Of a DNA stretch of 64,000 nucleotides, positions 1-9,288 are shown one piece after another. The stretch is from a virus. How positions within the stretch are numbered: position 1 is the first letter of the stretch; each line of letters opens with the position of its first letter. The position numbers were made by a program, and so were the translations under genes. The notes under the pieces were generated by a model. It was not told the DNA's origin and made no database searches. It saw only the letters and a list, made by a program, of their open reading frames with translations. Location of the stretch: positions 1-64,000 of the IMG/VR virus record IMGVR_UViG_3300005289_000003; one strand, 5' to 3'.

Positions 1-133
1 GGAAATATCGGGATATGTCCTAGCTTGTCCTGAAATGTCCGATTCGGGACCTTCGTCCTAAGTAACTAAAAGTTATCGTTGACGAAGAAGAAGTTTCTTG
101 GGAGACTTGTCGTGGACCCTAAAAGGAGGAACT

Positions 134-340
134 GTGGCTAAGAGTATTCCAAAAACTAAAAGCTCCGTCCGGTGGCTTTCCAACAACCAGTCTTTTGCCT
201 GGTCAAAGGATGGCGCCGATTGGCTCTGCAAGGAGGCTGGACTCTTCCAGGGGAACTCTCGCTTCCTGAAGGTGGAAGACCCCCAGGGCAACATCACGGA
301 GCGTCTGTACAAGACAGCTACGGAGGTATGGATCTACTAG
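134..340 (+). CDS. small hypothetical protein, dispersed beta-barrel-like paralog family (ends VWIY)
   Basis: AAGGAGG SD before GTG at 134; followed by terminator hairpin. Confidence 0.75.
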   Translation: MAKSIPKTKSSVRWLSNNQSFAWSKDGADWLCKEAGLFQGNSRFLKVEDPQGNITERLYKTATEVWIY

Positions 341-349
341 GCAAGTAGG

Positions 350-382
350 AGAAGCCGGGGCATTTGCCCCGGCTTTCTCTTT
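350..382. terminator. intrinsic terminator between convergent genes
   Basis: GAAGCCGGGGC-ATTT-GCCCCGGCTTT hairpin with T-rich tail. Confidence 0.8.
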
Positions 383-390
383 GCCCTGAC

Positions 391-645
391 TTAGATCAGC
401 GTCATGTCCTCCGGCTTCAGAATCAAGTCTTCCCGGTAGTTGCTCACGCGGGTGGACCATGCCTCTGTCTCGGTCCCGAATCGGAAGACCTGACGAAACC
501 GCATGGCCTGCACTCGATAGCGGAGGATCCTTTCCCCATCGCAGATGAACCACTGAGCGCGGACCACACGACCCCGCACCACATAGGTGGTGTGGTTCCG
601 GTGGCTAAAGAACTGAACCTTCGTGCCGTTCTCAATCTTCGTCAT
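391..645 (-). CDS. hypothetical protein, probably leaderless
   Basis: ATG 6 nt downstream of a -10 box (CATAAT). Confidence 0.7.
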   Translation of the reverse strand: MTKIENGTKVQFFSHRNHTTYVVRGRVVRAQWFICDGERILRYRVQAMRFRQVFRFGTETEAWSTRVSNYREDLILKPEDMTLI

Positions 646-651
646 GTTTTA

Positions 652-680
652 ATTATGGAGCCCAGCCGAACCAGAGTCAA
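652..680 (-). promoter_or_regulatory. SigA/HrdB-type early promoter
   Basis: TTGACT-17-CATAAT on minus strand. Confidence 0.75.
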
Positions 681-1386
681 GAAAAACTTTATCTGGACAA
701 AACGGACATTGGGGATTTATACCCTGTCAGGGGAAATATCCGGATCTGGGCTAGATGTCCGGATTCACCCATAGGTCTGGATAGGGCTCATAGTCGGGAA
801 TGTCCGATTTGTCCCTATAGTCCGAAACATACGCTTCATCCCATTCGGTACCTTTATGCCAAATGCCTGGATAGTTCCAGTTGTCCACTTCGTCTGAACT
901 GTCCGGATGAACCCAATTGCGTAGCTTGTCCCATATGTTCCACATGTCCGTCTACTCCTCTTCGTCCCTAATGTCCGAATTGGGAAAGATCTCCCCTTCG
1001 TACCAATCGTCTTCTAAATCCTTTTGGTCCGCTTTGTCCCATGTGTCCATTTTGCCCTAGACCCTCCCAAGTCGTCCCAGACTCTCTCAACTTGTCCAGG
1101 ACTGTACCTCATGTCCTCCAAAGTCACCTATGTCCGATTTGCCCAGTTGCTCCCGAATATACAATCCACAAGATCTTATACATTTGCTTTAAAGGCCCCT
1201 AGGAGGGCCGTAGAGGCACGACTCTTCAAACCCATACTTCCTATAGGGCCTCTCACGATCTTGTTTGCTCTTTGCAAGGAAAATAGTTGGCCTCAAGGTA
1301 TTGACAGGCTGGGAGTGTCCGGAGTGTCCGATTTGCACCACTAAGTCAGGACATGTCCAGGACATAAAGAATCTTGAAAGAACTTC

Positions 1387-1415
1387 TTGACTTCTCCTGG
1401 TACGAAGAGGAAATT
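1387..1415 (+). promoter_or_regulatory. SigA/HrdB-type early promoter
   Basis: AAGAACTTC-TTGACT-17-GAAATT; same upstream context as the other early promoters. Confidence 0.65.
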
Positions 1416-1461
1416 AATAGTTGTCGCTCCCACCCAGGGAGCCAAACCCCTAGGAGGGGCC

Positions 1462-1686
1462 ATGACCAACACCACCACTTCCGACAAGCTTGTTCTTATC
1501 GTTGAGGTTTACTCGGAAGTGTGGGGTTGGGACATCGACAGCATTTTCTACTCGGGTACAACCGAGTACGCCCACAAGCTGACTTTCGGTGTGGTGGCCG
1601 ACCACATCGAAGAGGCCAAGGGCAAGGGCTACATGACGGAGGGCCAGCGGGACGGTAGCAAGCGCTACACCATCCGCCCCCTGTAA
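1462..1686 (+). CDS. hypothetical early protein
   Basis: AGGAGG SD before ATG 1462. Confidence 0.75.
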   Translation: MTNTTTSDKLVLIVEVYSEVWGWDIDSIFYSGTTEYAHKLTFGVVADHIEEAKGKGYMTEGQRDGSKRYTIRPL

Positions 1687-1760
1687 AGGGAACGGCCCAA
1701 TGCCCCAGGGGAAACCCTGGGGCTTAAGGCAGTAGAAGACCAGGTCAAGGAGGATTTCAA

Positions 1761-1979
1761 ATGCTCATCACCATGGACTCTCCCCCGGTTTGCTTCATGA
1801 TCCCTGCTGCTTCTATTCAGGAGGGTGACAAGATCCTGACCATTTGGGGTTGGGCCATCGTGGACAGCATCGGAGAGACCAGGGACGGAAACCCCCTGAT
1901 CTTCTTCACGTTCGTCTACCGGGCTGGTACGGGTGTCCTGCCGTACGGGCCGAGAGTGGAGATACCCACTCTCTTCTAA
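1761..1979 (+). CDS. small hypothetical protein (AxxIxxGD beta-barrel-like family)
   Basis: AAGGAGG SD; motif PAASIQEGDKI. Confidence 0.75.
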   Translation: MLITMDSPPVCFMIPAASIQEGDKILTIWGWAIVDSIGETRDGNPLIFFTFVYRAGTGVLPYGPRVEIPTLF

Positions 1980-2155
1980 ATACCCCTAGAAGGGCCTGAG
2001 AGCCAATCTCAGGCCCTTAGCTGTCTCTGGAGCCCTATCACCCCAGGAGCCTGCCCAGAGGCTTACAGGGCCTCTCAGCCAAATTCGGACAGTACGGACA
2101 TATCCGGATATTTCAGGACAAGGCAGGAGGGCTACAAGATTCTTTAAGAAAGTTC

Positions 2156-2184
2156 TTGACTCCTGGTGGTCAGAAGAGGATATT
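2156..2184 (+). promoter_or_regulatory. SigA/HrdB-type early promoter
   Basis: AGAAAGTTC-TTGACT-17-GATATT. Confidence 0.7.
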
Positions 2185-2221
2185 TAGAAGTGTCAGAGAA
2201 CGACCTAAAGGAGGAGCCGAA

Positions 2222-2506
2222 ATGACCACCACTCAGATCATCGAAGAGGCCAACGCGCTGGTTGCTCGCAACGTCACTCAGATTTGGGTGGCCGTGCTCA
2301 TCCTCATTCAGAAGGACGCGATCACGGTGGAGATCCTGGCGGACGGTACCAAGGTCTACACCCACACTGGCACTGGTCAGACGGTTGACCGCCGGTGGCT
2401 GGTGAACCTCAACAAGCGTGGCCTTGCCGAGATGTGGGCGGGACAGCCCCGACTCACCACCGATGGCAAGATCCGCTTCTTCCAGTGGGTTAACAAGAAG
2501 ATCTGA
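2222..2506 (+). CDS. hypothetical early protein
   Basis: AAGGAGG SD before ATG 2222; terminator at 2521-2550. Confidence 0.75.
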   Translation: MTTTQIIEEANALVARNVTQIWVAVLILIQKDAITVEILADGTKVYTHTGTGQTVDRRWLVNLNKRGLAEMWAGQPRLTTDGKIRFFQWVNKKI

Positions 2507-2684
2507 ACCTAGAGAGACCAGGGCCACCCGAAAGGGTGGCCCTCTCTTTTGCCCCAAAACGGACATTTCACCACATAGCGAGCAAAGCTCGCTTCTCGGC
2601 CAAAGGCCGACATGTCCGGATATATCTCCTGACGGGGTATATTTCCCCCTAACAAAAGAATCATGGAAGTTCCTCAGAAAGTTC

Positions 2685-2713
2685 TTGACTCAGGGCTTGT
2701 CGAAGAGGATATT
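2685..2713 (+). promoter_or_regulatory. SigA/HrdB-type early promoter
   Basis: AGAAAGTTC-TTGACT-17-GATATT, near-copy of the 2156 promoter. Confidence 0.7.
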
Positions 2714-2763
2714 TAGAGATGGCAAGACAAGCACTTACAGAACTCAACAGAGGAGACACCAAC

Positions 2764-3015
2764 ATGTCTGAGACCATCACCATGGACATGATTGCTCGCA
2801 CCGACGTTCGTGACGTCGTGGAGGGCATGGAGCTTGTCACCAAGCTGGGTGTGGCGGAGGTTACGCGGATTGGTTTCGCAAACCCCTACCACCGATGCGG
2901 CTGGAAGTTCTACATGTCGGATGGGGAAGTCATGGAGTTCGGTTTCCACAACGAGAAGGTAATCCGGATCCTGCCGGAGTTCGTGGAACTGACCCGGAAG
3001 GTTTGCTCCAAGTAA
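2764..3015 (+). CDS. small hypothetical protein (beta-barrel-like family)
   Basis: GAGGAG SD; motif VRDVVEGM; terminator at 3021-3047. Confidence 0.75.
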   Translation: MSETITMDMIARTDVRDVVEGMELVTKLGVAEVTRIGFANPYHRCGWKFYMSDGEVMEFGFHNEKVIRILPEFVELTRKVCSK

Positions 3016-3211
3016 GGAACAGGGAGGCTCTTCGGAGCCTCCCTTCCTTGTGTCGCCAGGGGGACAAATCGGACATAGCGGCCAAAGGCCGCTTCTGCAC
3101 CAAAGGTGCATATATACCCCAAAGTCACCTAAATCAGGATATGTCCGGAAATAAAGTATTTGCGAAGCAAAAGCTATTTGTCCCTGTGGCTAAAGAATCT
3201 TCAAGAACTTC

Positions 3212-3240
3212 TTGACTTCCCCCTAGCCAACCCCCATATT
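3212..3240 (+). promoter_or_regulatory. SigA/HrdB-type early promoter
   Basis: AAGAACTTC-TTGACT-17-CATATT; ATG 6 nt later. Confidence 0.7.
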
Positions 3241-3246
3241 TGAAAC

Positions 3247-3456
3247 ATGAGAACTTTCGCTTCCTGGGTTGTGGCGCTGAACCCCACCATCTTCCTTGCC
3301 CTGTTCCTGGTGGCGGAGGTTGTGGCCGGGTACTACTTCCGGACTGATCTTCTGAACGGACTGTCTCTCACCTGGAACTTCCTTTCCTTCGTCCTGGGGT
3401 CGGTCTGGAACTTCTTCGTGGCCCTCTGGTCTGATCTGGTTGGAGTGTTCGTCTGA
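3247..3456 (+). CDS. small membrane protein, leaderless
   Basis: hydrophobic helices; ATG at the predicted TSS. Confidence 0.7.
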   Translation: MRTFASWVVALNPTIFLALFLVAEVVAGYYFRTDLLNGLSLTWNFLSFVLGSVWNFFVALWSDLVGVFV

Positions 3457-3656
3457 TGGCCGGGGGAACAGGGGCACAACAAAAGATTGACCTTGGCTTC
3501 GTAGGACAAGGTGGCTGGTTCGCCATGTACCAAAGTGGCAAGAAGGTCTACCAGGTCACAGATATAGGAGAGTACCGGGGAAGGGTCATCGTCCTGTGGA
3601 GGAAGTCTGATGGCTCCACAGGCCAGAATGACTCTGACAAAGAAGTGTGGATCTAA
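3456..3656 (+). CDS. small hypothetical protein (family ending VWI)
   Basis: TGATG coupling to upstream gene. Confidence 0.7.
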   Translation: MAGGTGAQQKIDLGFVGQGGWFAMYQSGKKVYQVTDIGEYRGRVIVLWRKSDGSTGQNDSDKEVWI

Positions 3657-4147
3657 ACCTGAACCACCTAGAAGGCCCCTACGGGGGCCTTCTTCATTTG
3701 TCCTGAATCATTAGGAAAGCCTTGCCGGCCCTGAGAGCCACGTAGACAACATCAACAGGCTCCTAGGTGTGTTCTATCCAGGAGCCCTCTGTTAGGCCCT
3801 CAGGATTTGCTACAGCCCCTCGGTTAGGAGCCTTAGACCCCCAGGAAGTAGGTACCCCCCCGCCTTATATAAGTTTGGACTTATGTTCTATGCTTGGCCC
3901 GGATCCATCAGGTAGCCAGGGAAGATCCAGGATCATGGGGAACAAAGTTCCCGAAGACACCGAAGGTGTCTATGAGGGGCAAAACGGACATCTTGGTACA
4001 TGTCCCCATATATCCCGATATTTCTCCTGGTGACGGATATTTCCCCTCAAAACTTTCTTGAGAAACTTCTCAGAACTTCTTGCCTTATGTTCCGAACTCC
4101 TCCATACTTAGAAGTGCAGGGACGGGAGAGAATTCTAAGGAGGACAA

Positions 4148-4288
4148 GTGACTCAGGAAGAAGTTCTTCAGAAGATGGGGAAGCTTCGGAAGGCAGACCT
4201 ACTGCTACTCCTGGAAGCCCTCATGAAGTCCTCAGACCAGAAGCTCACGGACTCCCTGGGAAGCGCCGCAGAGCTTCTGAAGAAGTAA
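4148..4288 (+). CDS. 46-aa helical microprotein (not in ORF track)
   Basis: promoter TTGCCT-17-CATACT at 4080; AAGGAGG SD; MTQEEVLQKMGKLRKADLLLLLEALMK... Confidence 0.7.
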   Translation: MTQEEVLQKMGKLRKADLLLLLEALMKSSDQKLTDSLGSAAELLKK

Positions 4289-4334
4289 GAGAAAGAGAGA
4301 AGGCCCGGCCAGTAGGCCGGGCCTCTCTTCGTTC

Positions 4335-4526
4335 CTAGGTGTAGATCCAAACTATGGAGCCTGAGACGGAGAAGGTGTCTTCTCCTCCGGACTGAGGATC
4401 CTTGTACTTGATAGTCACCCCATCATTGGAGAGGACTTCATATTCCTTGGCATCCTCTCTACCGGAGAAGGCAAAGGATTGTCCCCTGGTGAGAGTGGAG
4501 GCTTGCCGGGATTGTCTTCTAGCCAT
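4335..4526 (-). CDS. small hypothetical protein (family ending VWIY)
   Basis: ASTLTRGQSFAF...IVWIYT; bidirectional terminator at 4298-4330. Confidence 0.7.
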   Translation of the reverse strand: MARRQSRQASTLTRGQSFAFSGREDAKEYEVLSNDGVTIKYKDPQSGGEDTFSVSGSIVWIYT

Positions 4527-4707
4527 AAACCCAGACCACCAACCGGCCCATGAAGTCTTCCCGGTACTCTTCTCCGTACTGCTTATAAGTGAGAGTGTGG
4601 GAAGCTCCCTTTCTCTTTCTAGAAACTACTTGGCAGTCAGTCACAGAATCTTCTGACCACCGGAAGAACTCTCCTTCTTCCAAGTCTTTAACTTGCTTCT
4701 TCTTCAA
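4519..4707 (-). CDS. small hypothetical protein (family ending VWVY)
   Basis: VKDLEEGEFF...VVWVYG; AAGGAGG SD. Confidence 0.75.
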   Translation of the reverse strand: MKKKQVKDLEEGEFFRWSEDSVTDCQVVSRKRKGASHTLTYKQYGEEYREDFMGRLVVWVYG

Positions 4708-4786
4708 ACTTCCTCCTTCAGTCCAGCCCCCAGGGAGGGAGAGAGCTAGAACAAGTCTCCCAGGAAGTTTCAGAACTTGTCAATGA

Positions 4787-4936
4787 TAACTTTCTGTTAG
4801 TGGTGACAGAAAGTAAGAAGGTACAAAACGGACATTCCGGACAAAGTAGGATATATCCAGAAATAAGAGGAAGTAACAGAAAGTTAGGAACTACGGAAAG
4901 TTACTTGTCACAGAAAGTTACCGTAACCCAAAGTTA
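4787..4936. repeat. iteron-like repeats ACAGAAAGTTA
   Basis: direct copies at 4876, 4893, 4910, 4926, partial at 4806, inverted at 4787. Confidence 0.7.
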
Positions 4937-5210
4937 TTTTAAAGAATCATGTCTGAGAGGTTGACTCTAGGATGTGGAGGAGGGCAAGACCCCATTCTCA
5001 CCCCCCTCCACTATCATCCCCAATAACTTCCTACAACTTCTTGACTCAAACTTTGTAATTTTTTGGAATTCTTCTTTTCTGGGAGAACTTCTCACTCCCT
5101 CTCTGGCTCTCTCTAGGGAGTTGGGGAGTACGTTTTCCCCCCGTCATTCGCTTCGCTCATGACACCCCCCAGGGGTTAAAACCGTGCAAAGAGTCCCACA
5201 ACTTATCAGG

Positions 5211-5501
5211 CTAGAAACTTTCCACAAAAGTAATTATTCCTCCAATCTGACAGTAATCTTCCAGAGCCTGACTAAGTTCTATAAGTTGTCCATCAGAAAG
5301 TTCTACAGGAAGTTCAACGTTATATCCACCAGGACCACTAGAAATAGCTTTCATTCCCTTCATAATTACTTGTCCATCACCAACCCACTTCACTTCTGGC
5401 CTTGGAAAGAATCTTCCGAATATGTTCTCTAGATCCCTAGTTATTTCTGGTTCATCTTCTGGAGTCCTATTCCAATTCCATGTATTGAAAGTTAGCTCCA
5501 T
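5211..5501 (-). CDS. hypothetical protein
   Basis: AAGGAG SD before ATG 5501 (MELTFN...). Confidence 0.6.
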   Translation of the reverse strand: MELTFNTWNWNRTPEDEPEITRDLENIFGRFFPRPEVKWVGDGQVIMKGMKAISSGPGGYNVELPVELSDGQLIELSQALEDYCQIGGIITFVESF

Positions 5502-5909
5502 CACTTCTCCTTCGCTCTTCACTCTTCCCCCTGAGGGCCTGAGAGACCTTCTACCGATCCCTTCCGACCTACCCTGCCCCTGACTAGGCCCTGAGGCTGA
5601 TGAGGGCTCCTGGGGCTTCTCAGGGCTTCTGGTAGCCACTCTGGTAGTTCCAGGTCCGGATGCCTTCTCAGGACTTCCTGAACCTTCTTGAGAGACAGAT
5701 CTCTCTTCGTCCGGATGTAGTCCCCAAGAGTCTTCTTCGGTCCCTGCCGGACATGCCTGGACTTGTTGGGACCTTCCCACGGGTCTTCTGGTTCTACCGA
5801 TCCATGGGGGTAGTCGTCCCGATCCCTACAGAACCAGACAACCTCTCCGTCTCCACAGATCCCTAGGTGGTTCTCTTCTTGCGTGCAGAAGTTTCCTTCA
5901 TGCTCACAG

Positions 5910-6536
5910 TCACACAGTGACAACTTCTTCCCCTTCCCATCCACATACAGGGCAAAGAATCTTTCCGGCTTCTGTCTTTCCTGTGAACGAAGGAATCCAG
6001 ACTTCATCTTCCGGGTGCTTGGGATCTTCCGACAACGTGTAGCAAACCGTCACCCAGACTCTTGCCCGTGGCTTACCGCCACTCCAGGAAGTCTCTAGGA
6101 AGTAAGACGTGTAGTTGCCACAGATCTTCTGGGGGTTGTGCTGAAAGGCATCTTTGATAACCGGTAGCAAAGACTGAACTTTCCGGTTGAGGTATCCCCT
6201 AGCTCCCTCAGTCAGTTCCTGGAAAGTAGAAGCTTCCTGAGCTTCCATAAGTTCTACCGCTTCTACTAGAACGGCATCAATCTTCCCAAGCAGAACTTTT
6301 GCCGTGAAGTCAATTCCTTTCGTAAAGAACAACTTTCTTGTTCTCATCTTGGGATTCTTCACTCTTCGATAGAGCAAAGCCTTATAGTTATCAAGTTCGG
6401 CTAGTCCTTCTTCCAGGTCCAAGGGGACTCCATGATCTGTGTCTTGTGCATTGGTAAGGGGCACACAAACGGTAGGGTCTGCCCCCGGTGTAAAGGTTCC
6501 AAGAAAGAACCAGACTTCCCGAGTGGCAGACCCCAA
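5910..6536 (-). CDS. hypothetical protein
   Basis: 208-aa ORF in leftward operon. Confidence 0.6.
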   Translation of the reverse strand: MGSATREVWFFLGTFTPGADPTVCVPLTNAQDTDHGVPLDLEEGLAELDNYKALLYRRVKNPKMRTRKLFFTKGIDFTAKVLLGKIDAVLVEAVELMEAQEASTFQELTEGARGYLNRKVQSLLPVIKDAFQHNPQKICGNYTSYFLETSWSGGKPRARVWVTVCYTLSEDPKHPEDEVWIPSFTGKTEAGKILCPVCGWEGEEVVTV

Positions 6537-6541
6537 CCCGC

Positions 6542-6880
6542 CTAAGGAATGAAACGGCTCAGAAGTTCATAGTCTTCATCCGGAATGTCAAAGTACAAGT
6601 TTCCTTCCATGTTCCTGTAGCCGTATACCGCTCCCCTACTCTGGAGAACTTTCCGGACTGTCCCAGGAAACATAGCCAAGTCACCCAAATAAACAAATGG
6701 CCTTTCCTGGCCGAGTACTTTGCTTTCCCAGTTACCCGGACCCATCCAATAGAACCTGAGATCATTCCGGTTCACCCCCAAAGAATCCAGGGTTCGGAAG
6801 TAACCACTAATAGTGCTATTGAACACCAGAATCTTCAAATTAGACACAAGTGTGATCCCTAAAGACAGATATTGAAACAA
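6542..6880 (-). CDS. hypothetical protein
   Basis: ORF in leftward operon; start uncertain. Confidence 0.55.
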   Translation of the reverse strand: MFQYLSLGITLVSNLKILVFNSTISGYFRTLDSLGVNRNDLRFYWMGPGNWESKVLGQERPFVYLGDLAMFPGTVRKVLQSRGAVYGYRNMEGNLYFDIPDEDYELLSRFIP

Positions 6881-6952
6881 AGTCTCGGTGGCACTTCTTG
6901 CAGTGGTTCACCAGTGGATCCCAAGCCTTGCCACAACTACAGGGCTTAGGTG

Positions 6953-7243
6953 TCACCAAGTTACTTTCCCGTTATAGACAACTTCTCCGCCCATGTGTTG
7001 CACCATGACTAGTACAACCTCTATGTCTTCCTTATTGAACCAATTCCAATCCAGCACTAGAAGTTTTAGTTCCTTCCCTCGGAACTTCTCCAGTCGGGAA
7101 TGCCAGTTCTCTACTCCTGGTCCTGGTCCCATCCAAAGAAGTTTCGGATCATACTTCCCCCGACCCTGTTGGGCTAGGAACTCCTCATAAGCCGTATTGC
7201 CTCCACAGACAATAAACCACTCTTCACCCGGTTGGATATTCAC
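6953..7243 (-). CDS. hypothetical protein
   Basis: coupled to HNH stop codon. Confidence 0.6.
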   Translation of the reverse strand: MNIQPGEEWFIVCGGNTAYEEFLAQQGRGKYDPKLLWMGPGPGVENWHSRLEKFRGKELKLLVLDWNWFNKEDIEVVLVMVQHMGGEVVYNGKVTW

Positions 7244-7686
7244 TAATACTCCTTGATGTATCTCACTGGGTTACGGTAATGACTTCTAATTCTGTGACAG
7301 TTAGAACAGACAACTTCGCATTTTGCTATTTCGGCAACTATCTTATGAAACGCCATTCTTCGTCTTCTCATATCAGAGATATTAAATTCTTTATCATTAT
7401 TGACATGGTCAAAATCCATTACAAATGGAGGAAACCTTTCTCGGCAATCCATGCATGGCACAGATTTATAACCAAGTATTAGCTCATCAAGTTCCGCATC
7501 TCTCTTCTTAGCATTAGCAAAATACCTTTCTTTATTTTGCTGATAGTTCAACTTTCCATATTCTCTATTGCATGGTTTGCAGATATATTGATATCTTCTT
7601 TTACCATATTTTCTATTTAGCTTAGTAAATTGACTAGTGTGCTTTAACTTAAGACACTTACTACATCTAAGGAGAACTATTTTCAA
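7243..7686 (-). CDS. HNH endonuclease
   Basis: CxxC...DFDH...CEVVCSNCHRIR; AT-rich relative to neighbours. Confidence 0.85.
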   Translation of the reverse strand: MKIVLLRCSKCLKLKHTSQFTKLNRKYGKRRYQYICKPCNREYGKLNYQQNKERYFANAKKRDAELDELILGYKSVPCMDCRERFPPFVMDFDHVNNDKEFNISDMRRRRMAFHKIVAEIAKCEVVCSNCHRIRSHYRNPVRYIKEY

Positions 7687-7687
7687 G

Positions 7688-8155
7688 CTAGAATTTTCCT
7701 TCCGCCACCTGGATACAAATAAGCCCTAGTTCTTCTCGCCACATCTTCACTACCTGATCTCTGTCATCAATAACCAAGAGAATGTTGAAGTCTTTCAGAT
7801 AGGTATCAAATATCTCTTTCTTGACAACAAAGTCAGGTCGGTTGTCTTCATCCTCTCGCATATAAAGATTGACTATCTGATAAGGAAAGATGTAATCGTG
7901 AATCCATCTGATAGTTTCTGCCCGACACTGCTCTTTCCGACCTGAGACAAAAACTATGTTGTAGCCCTCATTGCGGAGGGCACGGACAACATTGATGATC
8001 GGGTAGTTCGGAAAGTCAGTTCCGACAAGATGCCAATCAAAAGGACCACGGTTATCTTTTCTAAGAGCTACTGTCCCATCAACATCAACAATAACTACTT
8101 GTTGTTTAAGTCCTGTCGGATAGATCTTCTTATTCATCGTCTGGTCCCAACCCAC
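7688..8155 (-). CDS. HAD-family polynucleotide 3'-phosphatase (T4 PNK phosphatase-like domain, stand-alone)
   Basis: VIVDVDGT, VSGR, MR..D.RPD...K, IDDR motifs; no kinase P-loop. Confidence 0.85.
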   Translation of the reverse strand: MGWDQTMNKKIYPTGLKQQVVIVDVDGTVALRKDNRGPFDWHLVGTDFPNYPIINVVRALRNEGYNIVFVSGRKEQCRAETIRWIHDYIFPYQIVNLYMREDEDNRPDFVVKKEIFDTYLKDFNILLVIDDRDQVVKMWREELGLICIQVAEGKF

Positions 8156-8493
8156 ACATGACCCCGGATCCTGGCACCCCCGTAGAGGCCCCTAGGATTT
8201 CCGTAGGCAAATCAACAGGGCACGTCCGGTACCTCAGGACCCCCTGAAGCTCTCAGGCCATCTGAGCCCCTTCCAGCCCCGGCACTGGTCAGTGCATGCT
8301 AGCATCCTGGTTGTCGGACTGACCAGGGGTGGAGGCTCCCTATAAGAGATAACGCGCGCTTACCCCTATTACGCATACCCGTGCGCAGATCTTGTCGACT
8401 AAAGGCTGTTAAGCCTGTGTCGACAAGTCGACACGAGAAGACTATTACTAAGCCTTAGTTACTATTATTAATAGTACTTACTCTGGAGTTATC

Positions 8494-8787
8494 TTGTCTA
8501 TCTTCCATCGGTCTCTTTATCTTCCTTCTTTCGTGATTATCGGACAACACCACGAAGGAAAGGTTCTTCTCACAGCTACTGACTCAATTACTAATTACAC
8601 TCTAGAACGTTCTCTTCCCGACTATGAAAGTTTCAGTAGTATGGATACTCCTTACGAAAGAGTTCTTATGAGACAACCAACTACCAATCTAAGTATGTCT
8701 TTCGGAAAAGCTTCTGTTGGTCATGGAGATAACTTTCTAGAAGCCCTTAATGCCATTTACTCCTTCGTCAAACTAGATAAGGAATAG
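8494..8787 (+). CDS. hypothetical protein
   Basis: GGAG SD; ORF. Confidence 0.5.
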   Translation: MSIFHRSLYLPSFVIIGQHHEGKVLLTATDSITNYTLERSLPDYESFSSMDTPYERVLMRQPTTNLSMSFGKASVGHGDNFLEALNAIYSFVKLDKE

Positions 8788-8791
8788 CTTA

Positions 8792-9019
8792 ATGGATGAA
8801 GAAAACATCAAATGCCATATTTGTTCCCATGACCTAGACCCTCATATATTGATAGCTACCCGATTTGTAAAGATCCTCCCTAACCCCAAAGTACCTGTTC
8901 CCTTCGCTAATGTTCCATTTTCAGGTATTAGTACTTGTCCTGATTGTGATTGTTATATGACCTGGGAGACACAATTTCCTGAAGGTGTTGAATACCAGGT
9001 AATAGAAGATAGCAATTAA
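8792..9019 (+). CDS. small Zn-ribbon-like protein
   Basis: CHIC..H and CPDCDC. Confidence 0.55.
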   Translation: MDEENIKCHICSHDLDPHILIATRFVKILPNPKVPVPFANVPFSGISTCPDCDCYMTWETQFPEGVEYQVIEDSN

Positions 9020-9288
9020 CACGCGCGTATATAGGGGGCACACTTTTTGACAGGGGTCCAGACCTGAGGTAGTGTCCTGTCACGGCACTGACCAGTGCAA
9101 GAGTCGATCGGGACAACGTGATGGGGCCTGTCAACAGTTCGAACAAGGATTACCTAGTCAAAGTCAGAGACATATTTATAGCTTATTGGAGTGTCCTAAG
9201 TTCCAATAAGCTAATACTCTTGTCTGTGCTCTCTGTATGGGTAACAGTAATAGTAATACTTCTAGTAATCATTGTGGGAGTTTGACTA

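Noticed and set aside
751-1344. ORFs 751-945 (-) and 1024-1344 (+)
   Set aside because: Their W/D or P/S periodicity is a by-product of the ~9-bp GGAC/GTCC repeats; no convincing SD
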